Positions 12,893 through 25,959 of a stretch of 64,000 bases of DNA are shown in pieces (the stretch's first letter is position 1; each line of letters opens with the position of its first letter). Both the position numbers and the translations under genes were made by a program. The notes under the pieces were generated by a model that was given only the letters and a program-made list of their open reading frames with translations, made no database searches and was not told where the DNA came from. The DNA comes from Eledone cirrhosa (Eukaryota). The DNA lies in contig OZ024741.1 in NCBI GenBank assembly GCA_964016885.1, forward strand, positions 34,720,001-34,784,000, given 5' to 3'.

Positions 12893-13417
12893 GTTGTTGA
12901 TATAAATTAATGTTTGGTGTTTAGAATGGTAACATACAAAAGAAATTGCTATCAGGTTACAAGAAACTGTCTCAATACTTCAGATATATTTTTATTTTAA
13001 GAAGGAAGTACCAGTCTTCAGATCGGAAAAAGGAAACTACATTTCAATTGGTATTTCTATTGCTGATACCATCTGTCAGGTGCTTTTCCAACGACTATAA
13101 GAAGAGAAATTTGAACTCAAAACACACTGAGCCGAAACAGATACTGCAATGTATTTCGTTCGACGCTTGAACAATTATGGCCATGCATCAGCCCTTGACT
13201 GGTATTTTATTTACAACACTGAAAAGATGAAAGATAAAGTTTAGAATGCAGAAATCCGGAAGAAATGACGTATTTAATTCAGGACTCTAATCCTCTAATC
13301 CCTGCCTTTCTGGTGATCCGATCGTCGGATCGGATCAAGGAAATTTACGTGCATTTTATACACCGAAAAATACTGTACCCCTGAACGCCATCCGCATAAA
13401 AAAGAAACAATTGTTAA

Positions 13418-13632
13418 CCCTTAACATTCTGTAATGATTTAGCAAAAGTATTTTAAAACAGGTTTATTAATTCAAGTGTTTCTAGAAATGTTTACTTGTG
13501 GACAGACTGTGTGAAACTTTGCAGTATTACGTAGACTAAATTTTAAATTCTAATGTGATGCACACAGTGTTGTTTTGTACTTTTCAAGAAAGCCTTGCTA
13601 ATGTAGTTTCATGCGGTACAGGACATTAAGAG
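13418..13632. mobile_element. piggyBac-type MITE
   Basis: TTAA|CCCTTAACATTCTGTA ... TACAGGACATTAAGAG|TTAA: imperfect TIRs with a TTAA TSD. Confidence 0.6.
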
Positions 13633-13666
13633 TTAAGTTAGTGTTACCACCTTTAATGCAGGATGA

Positions 13667-13985
13667 AGACGTGTGGCTTAGTTGTTATGGTGTTCGGCTC
13701 ATGATCGTAAGACTGTGTGTTCGATTCCCGGCGGCGTGTTTGTCCTTGGGCATGACACTTTATTTCAAGTTACTTCAGTCCACATAGATAGAAAAAATTG
13801 AGTTATACCTGTAATTCAAAGGGTCAGCCTTGTCACACACGGTATCCCACTGAATCTCCCTGAAAACTATGTTAAAAGTACATGTGTCTATGAAACGCTG
13901 AGTAATTTACATGATAATTTCACGAGCATAGTGTTCCATTCATCGAATAACTGGAACGCTGGTCACCTGAACTGACAGAGGTCCA
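13667..13985 (+). mobile_element. tRNA-derived SINE family B
   Basis: TGGCTTAGTTG A-box, GTTCGATTCC B-box and CCTTGGGCATGACACTTTATTTCA core. Relatives at ~30870-30985, 32545-32880, 38447-38790, 45825-46080 and 50350-50610 (reversed). Confidence 0.75.
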
Positions 13986-15613
13986 ACACACAAATTTAAT
14001 GCAGGAAGAATTTATATTAAGAAAAAAAAGAAAATGAAATAAATAGCTCCTGTTTTGTATTTATGTTGCTTGATTAAACGAACCCCAAAAGTTCTTTAAA
14101 ATAGTTTAGGGTTCATGAAAAATAAATGTTCCTACAGGTTTTGTGAGTAAAGTTCGACTGTTCTACATGACATTCTCTGTGGCATTTTAAAGTTCCTACT
14201 TTAATATATAATTCTGTTATGAAATTGTGTAGCTTTTAAAATATAAAAATGGCCACATATATATTCTTTCTGTTATCAAGTATAAAGGTTCCTTATAAGT
14301 CTCTCAATAACACTTGGGTTCGTATTGTGAAATATCGAGTTTAAGGTTCCTTTATACGTCCATCAGTAATATTTGTCGTTCGTATTGTGAAAAGAGGTTG
14401 GAAACCACTGAATTAGATGTCTAGTTGATTTGCTGACTGGTTAGTTGAATAGTCCGAAGGCTGGTTGGCTGGTTGGCTTGCTGGCTAGCAGGCTGGCTGG
14501 CTGCCATTTGATGAATAGCTGGCTGGCTGGCATGCAAGGCAAATGTCCGAATGGCTTGCTATGTGTGCATTACACAACGTACCTTTTAAGACAGAACATG
14601 TAATTTTGCATTACCTCAGCAACGAATACGAAACGATCTATTTTAGTATAATAAGCATAGTGGATAAATATGGCCTGACCGTCAAGTATAGGTATTTAGC
14701 AATAATGAGAAGGCAGGTGAAGATAGGATTTAAAAAATACTTTCCTTCAAAGATTTCAATGGTTGTTCTGTGAACCAATTAGCTGTTGGCTGTTCTTAAC
14801 CAGCAGTGATACTTGTTCTGCCTGCACCCGCTTCTAACTACCACCCTTCTCACAGACCTCATAAAAAACCATAGACATATAATGTGGTTGGCGCACTGTT
14901 ATATGTCAGAAAGAAAAGAGACCAAGCACTCGCAAGAACACGACTGTGACATGGTTTCGATTCTCAGTTGAAATTATTCCATTCTACGTACGCCAATAGA
15001 CTAGACTTTTGTCGGAACAGCCTGCTAGTGAATTTAACATGAAAATGGGTCTCCATAGATACAGGAGCCCCACGATATGGGATGGTTGTTGCAGCGGGTG
15101 CCACTGGTCATTATCCGCGGCAATGTCTTTGGCATTTTGTCCGCGGGACACAGCCGAAACACTGCTCTAACTTAGGTGTAGAGTCTGTCACCCTCTTCCC
15201 CCTTTCTTTATTTTATTGCTTCATAATTTTTGCCCTTTCCTTCCTTTTCTTCATGTTTATAGACTTTTGGAATGCTACTTTCATTTCCTTTGTTTGACTA
15301 AATATTAAATTCTTTATTATTTTTATGTATTGTTATATTTGGGGAGGGTCATGTCCTAATATTGCCAAAAATAGTAAAACACACTGTTTGGTTTGGTTTT
15401 CGCTTCAGTATGTTTATATATTTTTATAGATAATTTAGCTGTCAATCAATGTTTATCATTGATTGACCGACATATCTGTTTCAATACAAGATTTAATATC
15501 AAAAACCTTGCAAAACAAAAATATCGCCTCCACATATTTGTATGTAATTAATATAATTTTCAAAGGAATTCGGCGTGACACCGAGTATGAAAAGTGACAT
15601 CGATAGCTAGATA

Positions 15614-16456
15614 TCTTTCTTTATTTGCCACAGGGGCGTACAAAAATGGGACATTAGAAGCCGTGACGGCGGGGGTTTTACATAAAAATCATACAACTTT
15701 AACATTAATAAATAACAATAAACTATATATAATAAAATAACAATTGAAATCCCCAATAGGGGGGAACGTTACTGCAGGGTTGTTTTACACCCCGTGGATA
15801 GAACAACTCTCAACACTAGGAACACGTTTGTAGGTGTTCCTGTCTTCCCTCTGTTTTTTCTTCCTCAACCTACAGAGAAGGCCCATTCACCCAGGCCATT
15901 TTCGCCACATTTACCCACCTTTCAGCGAATTTACTGGGGTGTAGCACTTCTCTCTCTCCACTCTCACCTTCCTTCTGAAGTGGTACTTAAAGAAGGGGAT
16001 TAGTTGTCCGGAGAGAAAGGTGTTTGCCCTCAGTCCTTTTAACCTCGTCCACCATATTACCACTTTTGCCATAGCCACCAGTCAGAGGAAAACCGCGACT
16101 CCTTCATTCTTAAATGAAGGCGGCGGGGTGATCCTCACGATGGACTCGGCTGACAACTGGATGCGTCCCACACGTGACAGTAGCTGTTCGACATAATTCC
16201 ACAGGTCGGTCACCCTTGGGCACTGAACAATTGCGTGCAGAACGGTTTCGATATCCTGCTCGCATCTTGGACAGGTCCTTTTGGCAGGATCTCTGCCAGG
16301 GCGTCCGTGCCTGTAGATTTTGTCTCGAACTGGTAGAGCTCCTCGGTAGCACTGCGAGGCCAGAGACCTCTGGAAGTTATCCATAGGCTCTGGACGGAAA
16401 GTCCTCCCGAACAGACTGGTCAGTTCGTCCTCTTCGATGCCTAGAGTTTCCCCTTC
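15614..16456 (-). mobile_element. Tx1/L1-clade LINE 3' fragment
   Basis: ORF2 C-terminal CCHC region ALPVRDK...CPRCEQDIETVLHAIVQC, homologous to 57556-57960 and 60344-60754. AATAAA near the 3' end. Confidence 0.8.
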
Positions 16457-16516
16457 ATTGAATGAGAAAAAGCTTCAAGTTTTTTCGGATTCAATCACAT
16501 TTTTGTTTTACATATA

Positions 16517-16720
16517 AGTGTTTCTACTTTAAGCACAAGGCCAGCAATTTGAAGGAGTTGGGAAAGTTGATTAAATCGAACCCAGTACTTTATTTTATCG
16601 ACCCCTTAAGGATGAAAGGCAAAACTAACCTCGACGGGATTTGAACTCAGACCGTAAAGGGCCGTAACTCTCCACAACAAAACATGGTGTCCGACGCTCT
16701 ACCGATACTGCTGATCCCCC
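16517..16720 (-). mobile_element. tRNA-derived SINE family A
   Basis: Same core and tail as the other copies. Confidence 0.8.
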
Positions 16721-17764
16721 AAATGGTGCCTATTAACAACGGACTTGTTAAAATGTCTGGTTCGACGTTTTCCCTTATGATTATGACGATGTAACTCAAC
16801 CTCAATCAATAACTGACTTTTAACCCCTTTATAACTACATTTCTAACAAAAGACACTGCCTATGATTTACAATTAGTTTTTAAAATAACAAATATGGAGA
16901 GTTTAATAACATAACTTACTTTCTCCTTCTTAAGCTAGTGTATAGAACATAACTCCAGGAAAGGTCCTTACATAATTTTATATTGGAAGGATTACAGTGA
17001 AACGTTGAACACTTTAAAATGTTTATTTTATCATAGAACAAGAGACGGTTTCAAGCGGGTTTCTCCTAGAAGGGCTAAACACCTTTTACTCAACAACTTA
17101 TCTTTATTGGATAGGATTATGTTTAAAAAGAGAAAATAGAAACATGATAATCACTGATAATGTCACAGATATGCGTGACGAAAGAACTCTGAGAAACTAT
17201 ATTTATATTTATATTTTTAACTGTTGGTCAGTCAATGATAAACATTGATTGCCAGCTAAATTATTTATAGAAATATAAAGATATACTGAAGCGAAAAACC
17301 AAACCAAACAGTGAGTGTGTTTTACTATATTTTTCTGGCAATATTATAACAACATGACCCTCCCCAAATATAACAAAATCTGTTTCAACACACGATTTCA
17401 CATAAAAAAAACTTGCAAAACAAATACGCCAGCGCCAAAAAGAAAATACTTTTAACATTATACTGACATTTCTAAAAACAACATTACCAACACTGACAGT
17501 ACTACCAACTCTGTAAGTTATCTCAGACGGCGTGAATATCTTTTCTTCCTTCGCTTGGTATTAACATTTAAATCAAGCTTTACTTTAGTGCTATAAAAAA
17601 AATCCCGTGAAAATCCTTCTGTTTGCTGGAAATTTACTCAAACCTAAACCATTTGTCGGCTAAACAGCTTCGACAATAAGCTTATTTCGTTGCCTTAAAA
17701 TGGCTGCCTCGGACAGTAATTGTGATATTAATCGACTTTCGGAAACCAAACAAACAAACAAAGA

Positions 17765-18280
17765 GTGTGTATACATGAGAATAGATCCGTGTATGCATGT
17801 GGATTTAAGATGTATGAATGGCTTCGTGTGTGTGTATGTGTATGTATGCATATTTGTATGTATATATATGTATGTATTTGTGTGTGTAATGTGTGTATGT
17901 ATATGTGTATATGTAAACTAATATCCGTGTATGCATGTGGATTTCAAATCTATGAATGGCTTTATGTGTGTGAAATCGTGTAAATGTATATGAGTATATC
18001 TGTGTGCGGGTAAATGTAGGAGTATATCTGTGTATACTTGTGGTTTTCAGATATATGAATGTTTTTTTGTGCGTATGTATACGTGTATGTATATATGTAC
18101 ATGTATGTGAGTATATCCGTGTATGCATATACTTTTCAGATGTATGAATGGCTGTTTGTGTACATGCAGGTGAGTGTGTTATGTATGTCCGTCTGTGTAT
18201 GTTTGCATGTCTATGTCTTCCTGTGGGCGTTTGGAAAGTACATCTATGTATGCATGTATGTGTGTGCGTGTGTCTGTTAA
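17765..18280. repeat. Degenerate tandem repeat mixed with (TG/TA)n
   Basis: A unit ATCCGTGTATGCATGTGGATTT..GATGTATGAATGGCT recurs about four times (~17785, 17923, 18025, 18115). Confidence 0.65.
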
Positions 18281-18913
18281 ATCAAGGTCAAAGACCATAA
18301 TACTGGCGAACCCATTGTTGTCTGTAACGATTTAATAGACTATCTTGAGCCACACTTTCCTCTTCTCTTTCAGTTCTGCTTGAACTAAAGACCTGTTTCT
18401 GATATATCAATGGAGTCATTATTATCCTGACAGGTGTATCATCGTGCTTTCTGTAGGCGGTGAATTGGTAGAGACGCTAGAACTTCGGATTAAATGCCCC
18501 GGTATTTATACCGGCGTTCCAAGTTCAAACACCATCAAGTTCCACTTTACCTTTCATCCTCTCAAGGTCGATAAATAAAGTACCAGTCCAAGGGCGTTGG
18601 ATTGACGGAATTGTCAAAGCATCGGACGGGATGCTTTGTGAACTGCGTTCCAGCTCCAAACGATCTGAGATCAAATCCAATCTCCTGTCACCAGAAAAGC
18701 GGTGATACTTCCGTCAGGAGTTGCGCCTGGTAGGCAGTATGAACAATGGAAAGACCAATATAAATATAGTTTCCTTGGTCAGATATAACGATGCCTATAA
18801 CAGAACATAATAGCTTGATTCAGAAATGCTGATCTCTAGTCCTAGACGATCGTGGGTCAATTTTATATGAGATGCATGGAAAAATTCAAATTTTGGGGCC
18901 CAAAATATGAGAT

Positions 18914-19046
18914 TGTAGTAAGACGCCTCACGCCCCCTGGCGGATAATAGACCAAGCTAGTTGTCTCCCCCTGGTTGAGAACACCAGAGGTAAACAGAAA
19001 CAGCCACGGGAAAGCAGACAGTATACACGCCATAGAAAACAGCCTC
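18914..19046 (+). repeat. 5' LTR (3'-truncated)
   Basis: 132-bp match to 23247-23378 with two substitutions. The rest of the LTR and the PBS are absent. Confidence 0.85.
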
Positions 19047-19180
19047 ATAATGTTTTGAATGTCTGTTTCTTTTTGACCTTTCATTTTTTTTCCATTTTGG
19101 GTGTTTGCTTTTCACTGTACGAGGGAACATTAATTGCTGTTTATATATATATATTTTTTTTTAATTTTAAACGTTTCAAA

Positions 19181-19961
19181 ATGAATACGCCACATTTGCC
19201 TGCCTTTACCGGAAACCCTAAGCTGTGGTTGGCCCAGCTACAGGCGTATTTTACGGTCTGTAAGACCGAGTCTGACCAGCGCCTCGCTGTCTTGATTAGC
19301 GGACTTCCACCTAATCTAGCAGATTCGGTCCAAGACCTAATTACAGACCCCCCCCCCCACTGACTTAACGTATGAGTCTTTAAAAGGCGAGATCTTGAGA
19401 AGGAACTGTAAGTCGGTAGAGAGTCGTTTTCGGTCATTGATCGAGGACGAACGATTAGGTGACAGGACCCCTACCGCTTTTCTCCGGCATTTGCTGGAAT
19501 TGAGCGATTCCCAAGATCAGGATAGCCCTTTCCTGAAGCAATTGTTCTTCTCTCGCCTACCTCAAGAGGTACAGGCGATCCTAGCCCATATGCTAGAGGT
19601 AAATACCCTCGACCACATTGCTGTCTCTGCTGACAAAATTGTAGAAGTGACGAAGAGAGATACTTCGAAGCCAAAGTACGTTGCTTCCTCTTCTCTTCCT
19701 CAATCACGCTCATCAGCGAGTGATGAGAAATTAGTCACCACAATGGAAGCCATGACTCGTCAAATGGCGGAGTTGTGCCAGGAATTCAGGTCTTTTGGAC
19801 GGCAGAGGAGCCGCTCACGATGTTATTCAACTCCTCGCCACCGTAGCCCTTCCAAAACACCAAATCCACCATATTGTTATTACCATGACAAATATGGTGA
19901 CAAAGCCGCCCGTTGTAGGCCTCCTTGTGCTTACATGGGAAACGACGACCAGAGTCACTAA
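19181..19961 (+). pseudogene. gag: gypsy gag, frameshifted at the C-run ~19348-19358
   Basis: MNTPHLPAF..NPKLWLAQLQAYF, LGDRTPTAFLRHL, LFFSRLP and CYYHDKYGDKAARCRPPC. Confidence 0.85.
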
Positions 19962-20000
19962 CGGCGGATAGTGCGCTCTGCGAAACATCATCCAACCGCC
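19937..20000 (+). promoter_or_regulatory. -1 programmed ribosomal frameshift signal (G GGA AAC plus candidate H-type pseudoknot)
   Basis: Slippery heptamer at 19937-19943 in gag phase, 6-nt spacer, stem 19950-19960/19969-19980, and loop GGCGG complementary to CCGCC at 19996-20000. pol is in the -1 frame. Confidence 0.75.
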
Positions 20001-23000
20001 ACTGTTTCATTGAGGACCTGCTATCAGGTAGAGCCTTTCTGGTGGACACAGGTGCAGCTTGTTCAATATGGCCTGTGTGTTGTATGAAGGAGCCTCCCCC
20101 TGAGACACCTATTGAGTTGCAGGCAGTAAATTGTTCGCCAATTCGAACTTTCGGACAAATCTCGCTACCTTTGCAGTTCCGTAATCTGCGGCGCGAGTTT
20201 AAATGGATATTTACTGTCGCTGCCTTGCCGTATCCGATACTAGGCGCGGATTTTCTCCCCCATTTTTCATTGACAGTGGACCTCCGTCGTAAACGCCTAA
20301 TTGGTGGCATCACTGGTTTAACTGTTGTTGGCAAGGCAGCATGAGTTCCAACGGTTAGCCCGACCTTTTTTCTTACTAACACCGGTGATACTTACCATGC
20401 CTTGTTGAACTCGTTCCCGCAACTGACTCAGGGAAATTTTCGAGTTGATGAGCCAACTCATACCACGGAGCACTTCATATCTACAACTGGTGCTCCCGTG
20501 TTTTCTCGTCCTCGTCGCTTGCCTCCGGACAAACTCAAAGCAGCACGATCAGAGTTTGATCATATGCTGCAGTTGGGGATTATTCGTCCGTCCACGAGCC
20601 CGTGGGCGTCCCCATTACACGTGGTACCGAAAGCGACTGGCGATTGGAGACCTACTGGAGATTATCGACGCCTAAATTCGATAACGGAACCGGACCGTTA
20701 TCCTATCCCTCATCTGCAAGACTTTGCGTCTTCGTTGCATGGATGCAAGATATTCTCCAAACTGGATTTAATTCGTACGTACCATCAAATTCCTGTCCAT
20801 AAAAATGACATTCCAAAAACGACTATAGTTACGCCATTTGGGTCATTTGAGTTTTTGACCATGCCGTTCGGATTAAGGAATGCCGCTAGTACGTTTCAGC
20901 GGTTTATGGATGAGGTTACTTGTGACCTCGATTTCGTCTATACCTATATTGACGACCTGCTCATTGCTAGTTCTTCTCAAGAGCAACATACGCACCATTT
21001 GAATCTTCTTTTCCGCCGATTGAAGGCGTATAACGTGCAGATTAATGCACCCAAATGTGTTTTTGGTGTTGAGTCACTGACTTTCTTGGGTCACGTCATC
21101 GATGCTGACAGTATTCGACCCCGGCCTGAGCGAGTTAAGGTCATAGAGGATTTGCCTCCACCGACCTCACTACGTCAGTTACGCCAGTTCTTAGGCCTGA
21201 TTAACTTTTATAGGCGTTTCGTGCCAAATTGTGCAAGATTGCTTTTCTCCCTGACAGAAATTTTAAAAAATTGTCGGAAGAAGAATGCAGACATTTCTTT
21301 GACAGAGACTCAACTTGCTGATTTTCAGCACGCCAAAACTGCTTTGGCTAATGCTTCGTTACTGGCTCACCCGGTACCCGGTGCAAAGCTAACGCTTTGT
21401 GTTGATGCATCAATGGTTACCAGCAACCGCTGGAGTTTTTTTTCCAGAAAGCTGAAACCTGCTGAGACGCGCCACAGCACCTTTGGAAGGGAGCTTTTAG
21501 CCATCTATTTGGCCGTGAAACATTTTTCACATATGCTAGAGAGTAGACTATTTACTATCCTCACCGACCATAAACCATTGACTTTTGCGTTGAGAGCGAA
21601 GGCTGATAAATACTCGCCCAGAGAAACGAGACATCTTGATTTCATCTCGCAATATACGAATGATATCCAACACATTCCGGGTTCACTAAATACAGCGGCC
21701 GATGCGTTGTCCCGCTTACCCGTGACAGCGATCTCGTCACCCTCTGACATAGATCTGACTCGTTTGGCTGCGGATCAGCCTCCCCTTGAGTCATTGGATG
21801 TCACATCGCCTGAGTTTGCGAATTGCGAGATGAAATACTTGCCTCTGTCGACTGCAGTTGGCCAAATTCTCTGCGACGTCTCTTTGGACGTGCCTAGGCC
21901 CTTCGTTCCAGAGAATCATCGTCGGACCGTGTTTCTGGCATTACATGGTTTCTCGCATCCAGGATCTTCTGCCACAGCAAAGCTCATATCAGCTAGATTT
22001 TTCTGGCCAAATATGAGGCGTGAAATTTCTGCTTGGTGCCGTTCCTGCGTCGCTTGCCAGAAATCAAAGGTCCATCGACACGTCAAGGCTCCCCTGGGTA
22101 CCTTTACTAACCCAGATGCGCGTTTTTCGCACATTCATATTGATATAGTGGGACCTTGGCCTGTCAGCGATGGTTATTCTTATCTGCTGACCATAATTGA
22201 CCGTTTTTCGAGATGGCCTGAAGCCATCCCCTTGAAAAACATCACCGCTGAGACAACAGCGCGTGCTCTTGTGTCTGGATGAATCTCTCGTTATGGAGTT
22301 CCATCCACAGTAACTACCGACCGTGGACGACAGTTCGAGTCGAGCCTTTTCCTCGAACTGTCAAAATTAATTGGTGCTAAACGCATCAGAACTACGGCGT
22401 ACCATCCCGCTTCGAATGGTATGGTGGAGCGTTTTCACCTATTGTGCTACTAGGGATTCGGTCAACGGTGAAGGTCGACTTTGGATTCTCACCGGCCGAA
22501 GCACTGTACGGTGCCCCTCTGACGTTGCCCGGGCAAATGCTTGCCCCTATCGATCTTGATGCCCAAGATCACGCTTCCTACGTGTCCCATTTGCGCTCCT
22601 ATTTCCAGGATTTGCCGCCAATGGACACTAGGAAACAAACTGTCAAGACTGCTGTCCCGAGGGATGTTGCCTCGTGGACGCATGTCTTTGTAAGGAAAGA
22701 TTCTGTGAAGCCCCCGCTCACACAGCCTTACACTGGACCTTACCGTGTCTTAGCGCGCCCGGCTAAGCATTTCACTTTAGATATTAAAGGGTCCAGGGAG
22801 ACAGTTACAATAGACAGGCTTAAGCAGGCACACCTTGACACGGACGCTGTGGTTCCTGATCCACGAACCCCTTCGTATTTTCCTGTTGAGCGAACGCCTG
22901 TTCCTGAACCACCATCATCGCCTGTCCCTACACCACCACCATCGCCACGTTACAAGACCACGACCCGTTCAGGTCGTAGGGTCCACTGGCCCAAAAATGT

Positions 23001-23022
23001 TTGTTGCACCGTCTATATTTAG
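19944..23022 (+). pseudogene. pol: gypsy pol (protease, RT, RNase H, integrase), disrupted
   Basis: FLVDTGA, YIDD, RELLAIY..TDHKPL, HHCC and [22 protein letters not shown]. In-frame TGA at 20342 and 22280, deletions near 21410 and 22440. Confidence 0.92.
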
Positions 23023-23246
23023 ACTGTGTCAGCTGCACCTTTTGTTTTGCTTCTGTGTTTCTGCTTTTTTCTTTGCCTGTTTTTTATGCATGCATGTTGT
23101 TTTTTTAAACATTTTTCAAATCCTTATTCTGGATTTAGTGATTGGTAGAGCGAATAGCTCCCCCTTGTTGCATTGTTCGCCATCTTACTCCACATGTGAG
23201 TAATAACATCGATTTTCGATGATTTGAAAATCTGGCAGGGGATGCA

Positions 23247-23621
23247 GTAGTAAGACGCCTCACGCCCCCTGGCGGATAATAGACCAACCTAGTTGTCTCC
23301 CCCTGGTTGAGAACACCAGAGGTAAACAGAGACAGCCACGGGAAAGCAGACAGTATACACGCCATAGAAAACAGCCTCTGTACCATGAAACGATAAACAG
23401 CCCTCGAGAACAGCAAACACCACAATACCTTTGTAATTGTAATACGCTCCCATCACAACAACTGACCACGTCAATATTTGGTATGTTCCATTTGTAATAT
23501 AATAAACACATATAAACAAAATAAACATCACCATTATTTACATTGTTAAATATAACTCTCGTTGTGGTTATTGTCTTGTTTACGCACACACCCACTCACT
23601 TTGTTATAATTCTCACTTACA
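23247..23621 (+). repeat. 3' LTR
   Basis: Follows the PPT, contains AATAAA signals and ends in CTTACA. The right boundary is inferred. Confidence 0.7.
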
Positions 23622-24476
23622 AAAATGGTAAATAGACGAGGGATCTTCCCTCACGTCTATGTCGATAAACAATTCAACTAGGATACATCATTTTACCACA
23701 AGATCAACTCTTACATGAGATCAACTCTTGCGGTATTTCCGGTACAGTGATTACTCCGATTTGAAGATAATGGTGAAACAATAAGACATTGGTCATGTCT
23801 TTATTCCTATTTGGAATAATTCCAACCCGCTTGGATCACTAACTCCCTTCGTCATCGTCACCATCAGCATTTATATCATCTAATTCAAATCGCATAATTT
23901 ACTTTATATTTCTGCATATCGTTTTCTGTTTTCTAAGCTACCTAGCTTGCACTGTTCACTAAAGTCAAGCGTTTGAAACTTTTACATCCGCCTGTATCTG
24001 CCAAACTAACTGCTAAAGTCGTTATTTGTCTTTAAAGAAACTAAGGTAAATTTTCGAAGAGATTTCGACTGATAAGTCTAAAAGGGCAAGAGACCTGGTA
24101 AAGAATCGTCTGTTGCCTCGTATGCAAATAAAAATATATCTAAAACAAATAAAATAAAATAAACACATGCATAATAAACGTTGTAACGTAGAAAACTAAA
24201 GCAAAATCTCTACTTGAAAATATTCCAGCGCTGTACAAAATAAAACACGTAGATCAGTTATTTTCAACGTAGGCGTACCCCCACCCCTTGAGAGAGGGGG
24301 TACTGGGAGTCTCAAGAGGGGCGGTGTAAAGCAAGAGGGAGATAGAGGGTTTGAAGGATAGAACGCATGAAGCGTTGAGGGATGTAAAAGACAAAGAAAA
24401 TAACAATCAATTTTAGTTATCTAAGCATGTATTGAATAAAATATGAAAAGGATTAAAATTTAATTTTCAATGTATA

Positions 24477-24643
24477 CCGTATTTCCCGGCGTCGGAGACG
24501 CTACTTTTTTCCTAAAATAAGTCTCAAAAATTTACCATGCGTCCTGGAGGCCAAAGGTTGTTTATTATTTTTTTCCAAATTTTTGGTTGTCAAAATTTGG
24601 GCGCGTCCTCGAGGACGAAGCGTCTTCGGCGCCGGGAAACTTT
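24477..24643. mobile_element. Tc1/pogo-type MITE
   Basis: TA|CCGTATTTCCCGGCGTCGGAGACGC ... GCGTCTTCGGCGCCGGGAAA inverted ends, with internal GCGTCCT repeats. Confidence 0.55.
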
Positions 24644-24719
24644 ACAATGATGAAGTATACTCTCTATAAAAACAGGAATGGCGATAACCCAGGACAGTTT
24701 GGGAAACTGATGAAAAAGA

Positions 24720-25170
24720 AATACCATGTAGAATCTGCAGAAGTCTTCCATAGCCGTTTCTTTAGGACCATACTTAGGACTTCTTGGCGTGACTATATCA
24801 CAAATGAGGTCATGGAAAGGGTCTGAGTAATCTACAAATTACTGTTACCGTACTGCGGTGGAAGATACTTGGTCATGTGCTACACATATCTACGAACAGA
24901 GAAATGAGGGTCTCCCTCGAATGGAAGCTAGATGGTTGGGGTGCATAAGAAGCAAAGTAGACCTGTCAAAACCTGGTTGAGGTCATCTATGGAGGAAGAC
25001 CTGACAGATATTGACCTAGCGACTGTATGGAAGGGAGATCTCTCGTCATACAATGTTCCATGTGGGGAAGAAGAAGAAGAAGAAGAAGAAGAAGAAGAAG
25101 AAGAAGAAGAAGAAGAAGAAGAAGAAGAAGAAGAAGAAGAAGAAGAAGAAGAAGAAGAAGAAGAAGAAGA
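24720..25170 (+). mobile_element. Degenerate RTE-like LINE 3' end with a (GAA)n tail
   Basis: FHSRFFRTILRTSWRDYITNE, RWKILGHVL and RPVKTWLR, followed by (GAA)n at 25068-25170. Confidence 0.6.
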
Positions 25171-25240
25171 TCAGTTTGAAACAGTTGCTTCTGAAAGGAC
25201 TCACTAGAAGGGGTGTTTGAGGACTGTGCCCCAACAACAC

Positions 25241-25271
<31 letters not shown>

Positions 25272-25552
25272 AAGAAGAAGAAGAAGAAGGAAGAGGAGGA
25301 GGAGAAGAAGAGGAAGAAGAATGTGAATTATATCAAAGAATATTGTTTGTCATTTTTGATAGCAACTGTTGTTATCAGGTTACAACAAACAATTTCAATA
25401 TTTCTGATGTATTTTTATTTTTTAAGAAGAATGTGCCGAACTTCGGTTCGGACCAAGGAAACTATGTTTCAATAGGTCTTTCTATTGCTGATACTATCTG
25501 TCGGCTGCAATTCCTGACAGACGTGCCACTGCATGTTTTATGTTTACAGCGA

Positions 25553-25812
25553 TAATTGTTTCTACTTTTGGCACAAGGCCAGCAATTACCCAGTGCATTA
25601 CTGGTACTTTATTTTATCGACCCCGTAAGGATGAAAGGCAAAGTTAACCTCGGCGGGATTTGAACTCAGACCGTAAAGGGCCGTAACTCTTTGCTGCAAA
25701 GCATGGCGTCAGACCCTCTACCGATACTGCCAACCCAACACCCTTATATAGCAATAATTGTTTCTACTTTTGGCACAAGGCCAGCAATAACACAGTATAT
25801 TACTGGTACTTT
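25553..25812 (-). mobile_element. SINE family A full copy plus a partial second copy
   Basis: Same A/B boxes, core and tail as the other copies. Confidence 0.85.
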
Positions 25813-25959
25813 AATCATCAGAAGTATTAAATTGGATACTAACAATCTTTATAGATAAATAAATGATGCAAAAGAAGAAAAAGGGGTAAGAAAGACTAAG
25901 CCCGTCTTTTCCTTTTGAGGAACTGATAACTCATCTCTTCATCTCATATTCAACCCTTG

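Larger units (their letters stand above)
18914..23621 (+). mobile_element. Ty3/gypsy LTR retrotransposon, nearly full length, inactivated
   Basis: Domain order gag-PR-RT-RH-IN. Direct repeats at 18915-19046 and 23247-23378, a PPT-like CTGGCAGGGG before the 3' LTR, and TGTA...TACA termini. Confidence 0.92.

Noticed and set aside
24932-25240. Poly-Glu/poly-Phe ORFs, and the many YIYI/CVCV/HTHT/LSLS ORFs elsewhere
   Set aside because: These are translations of microsatellites.
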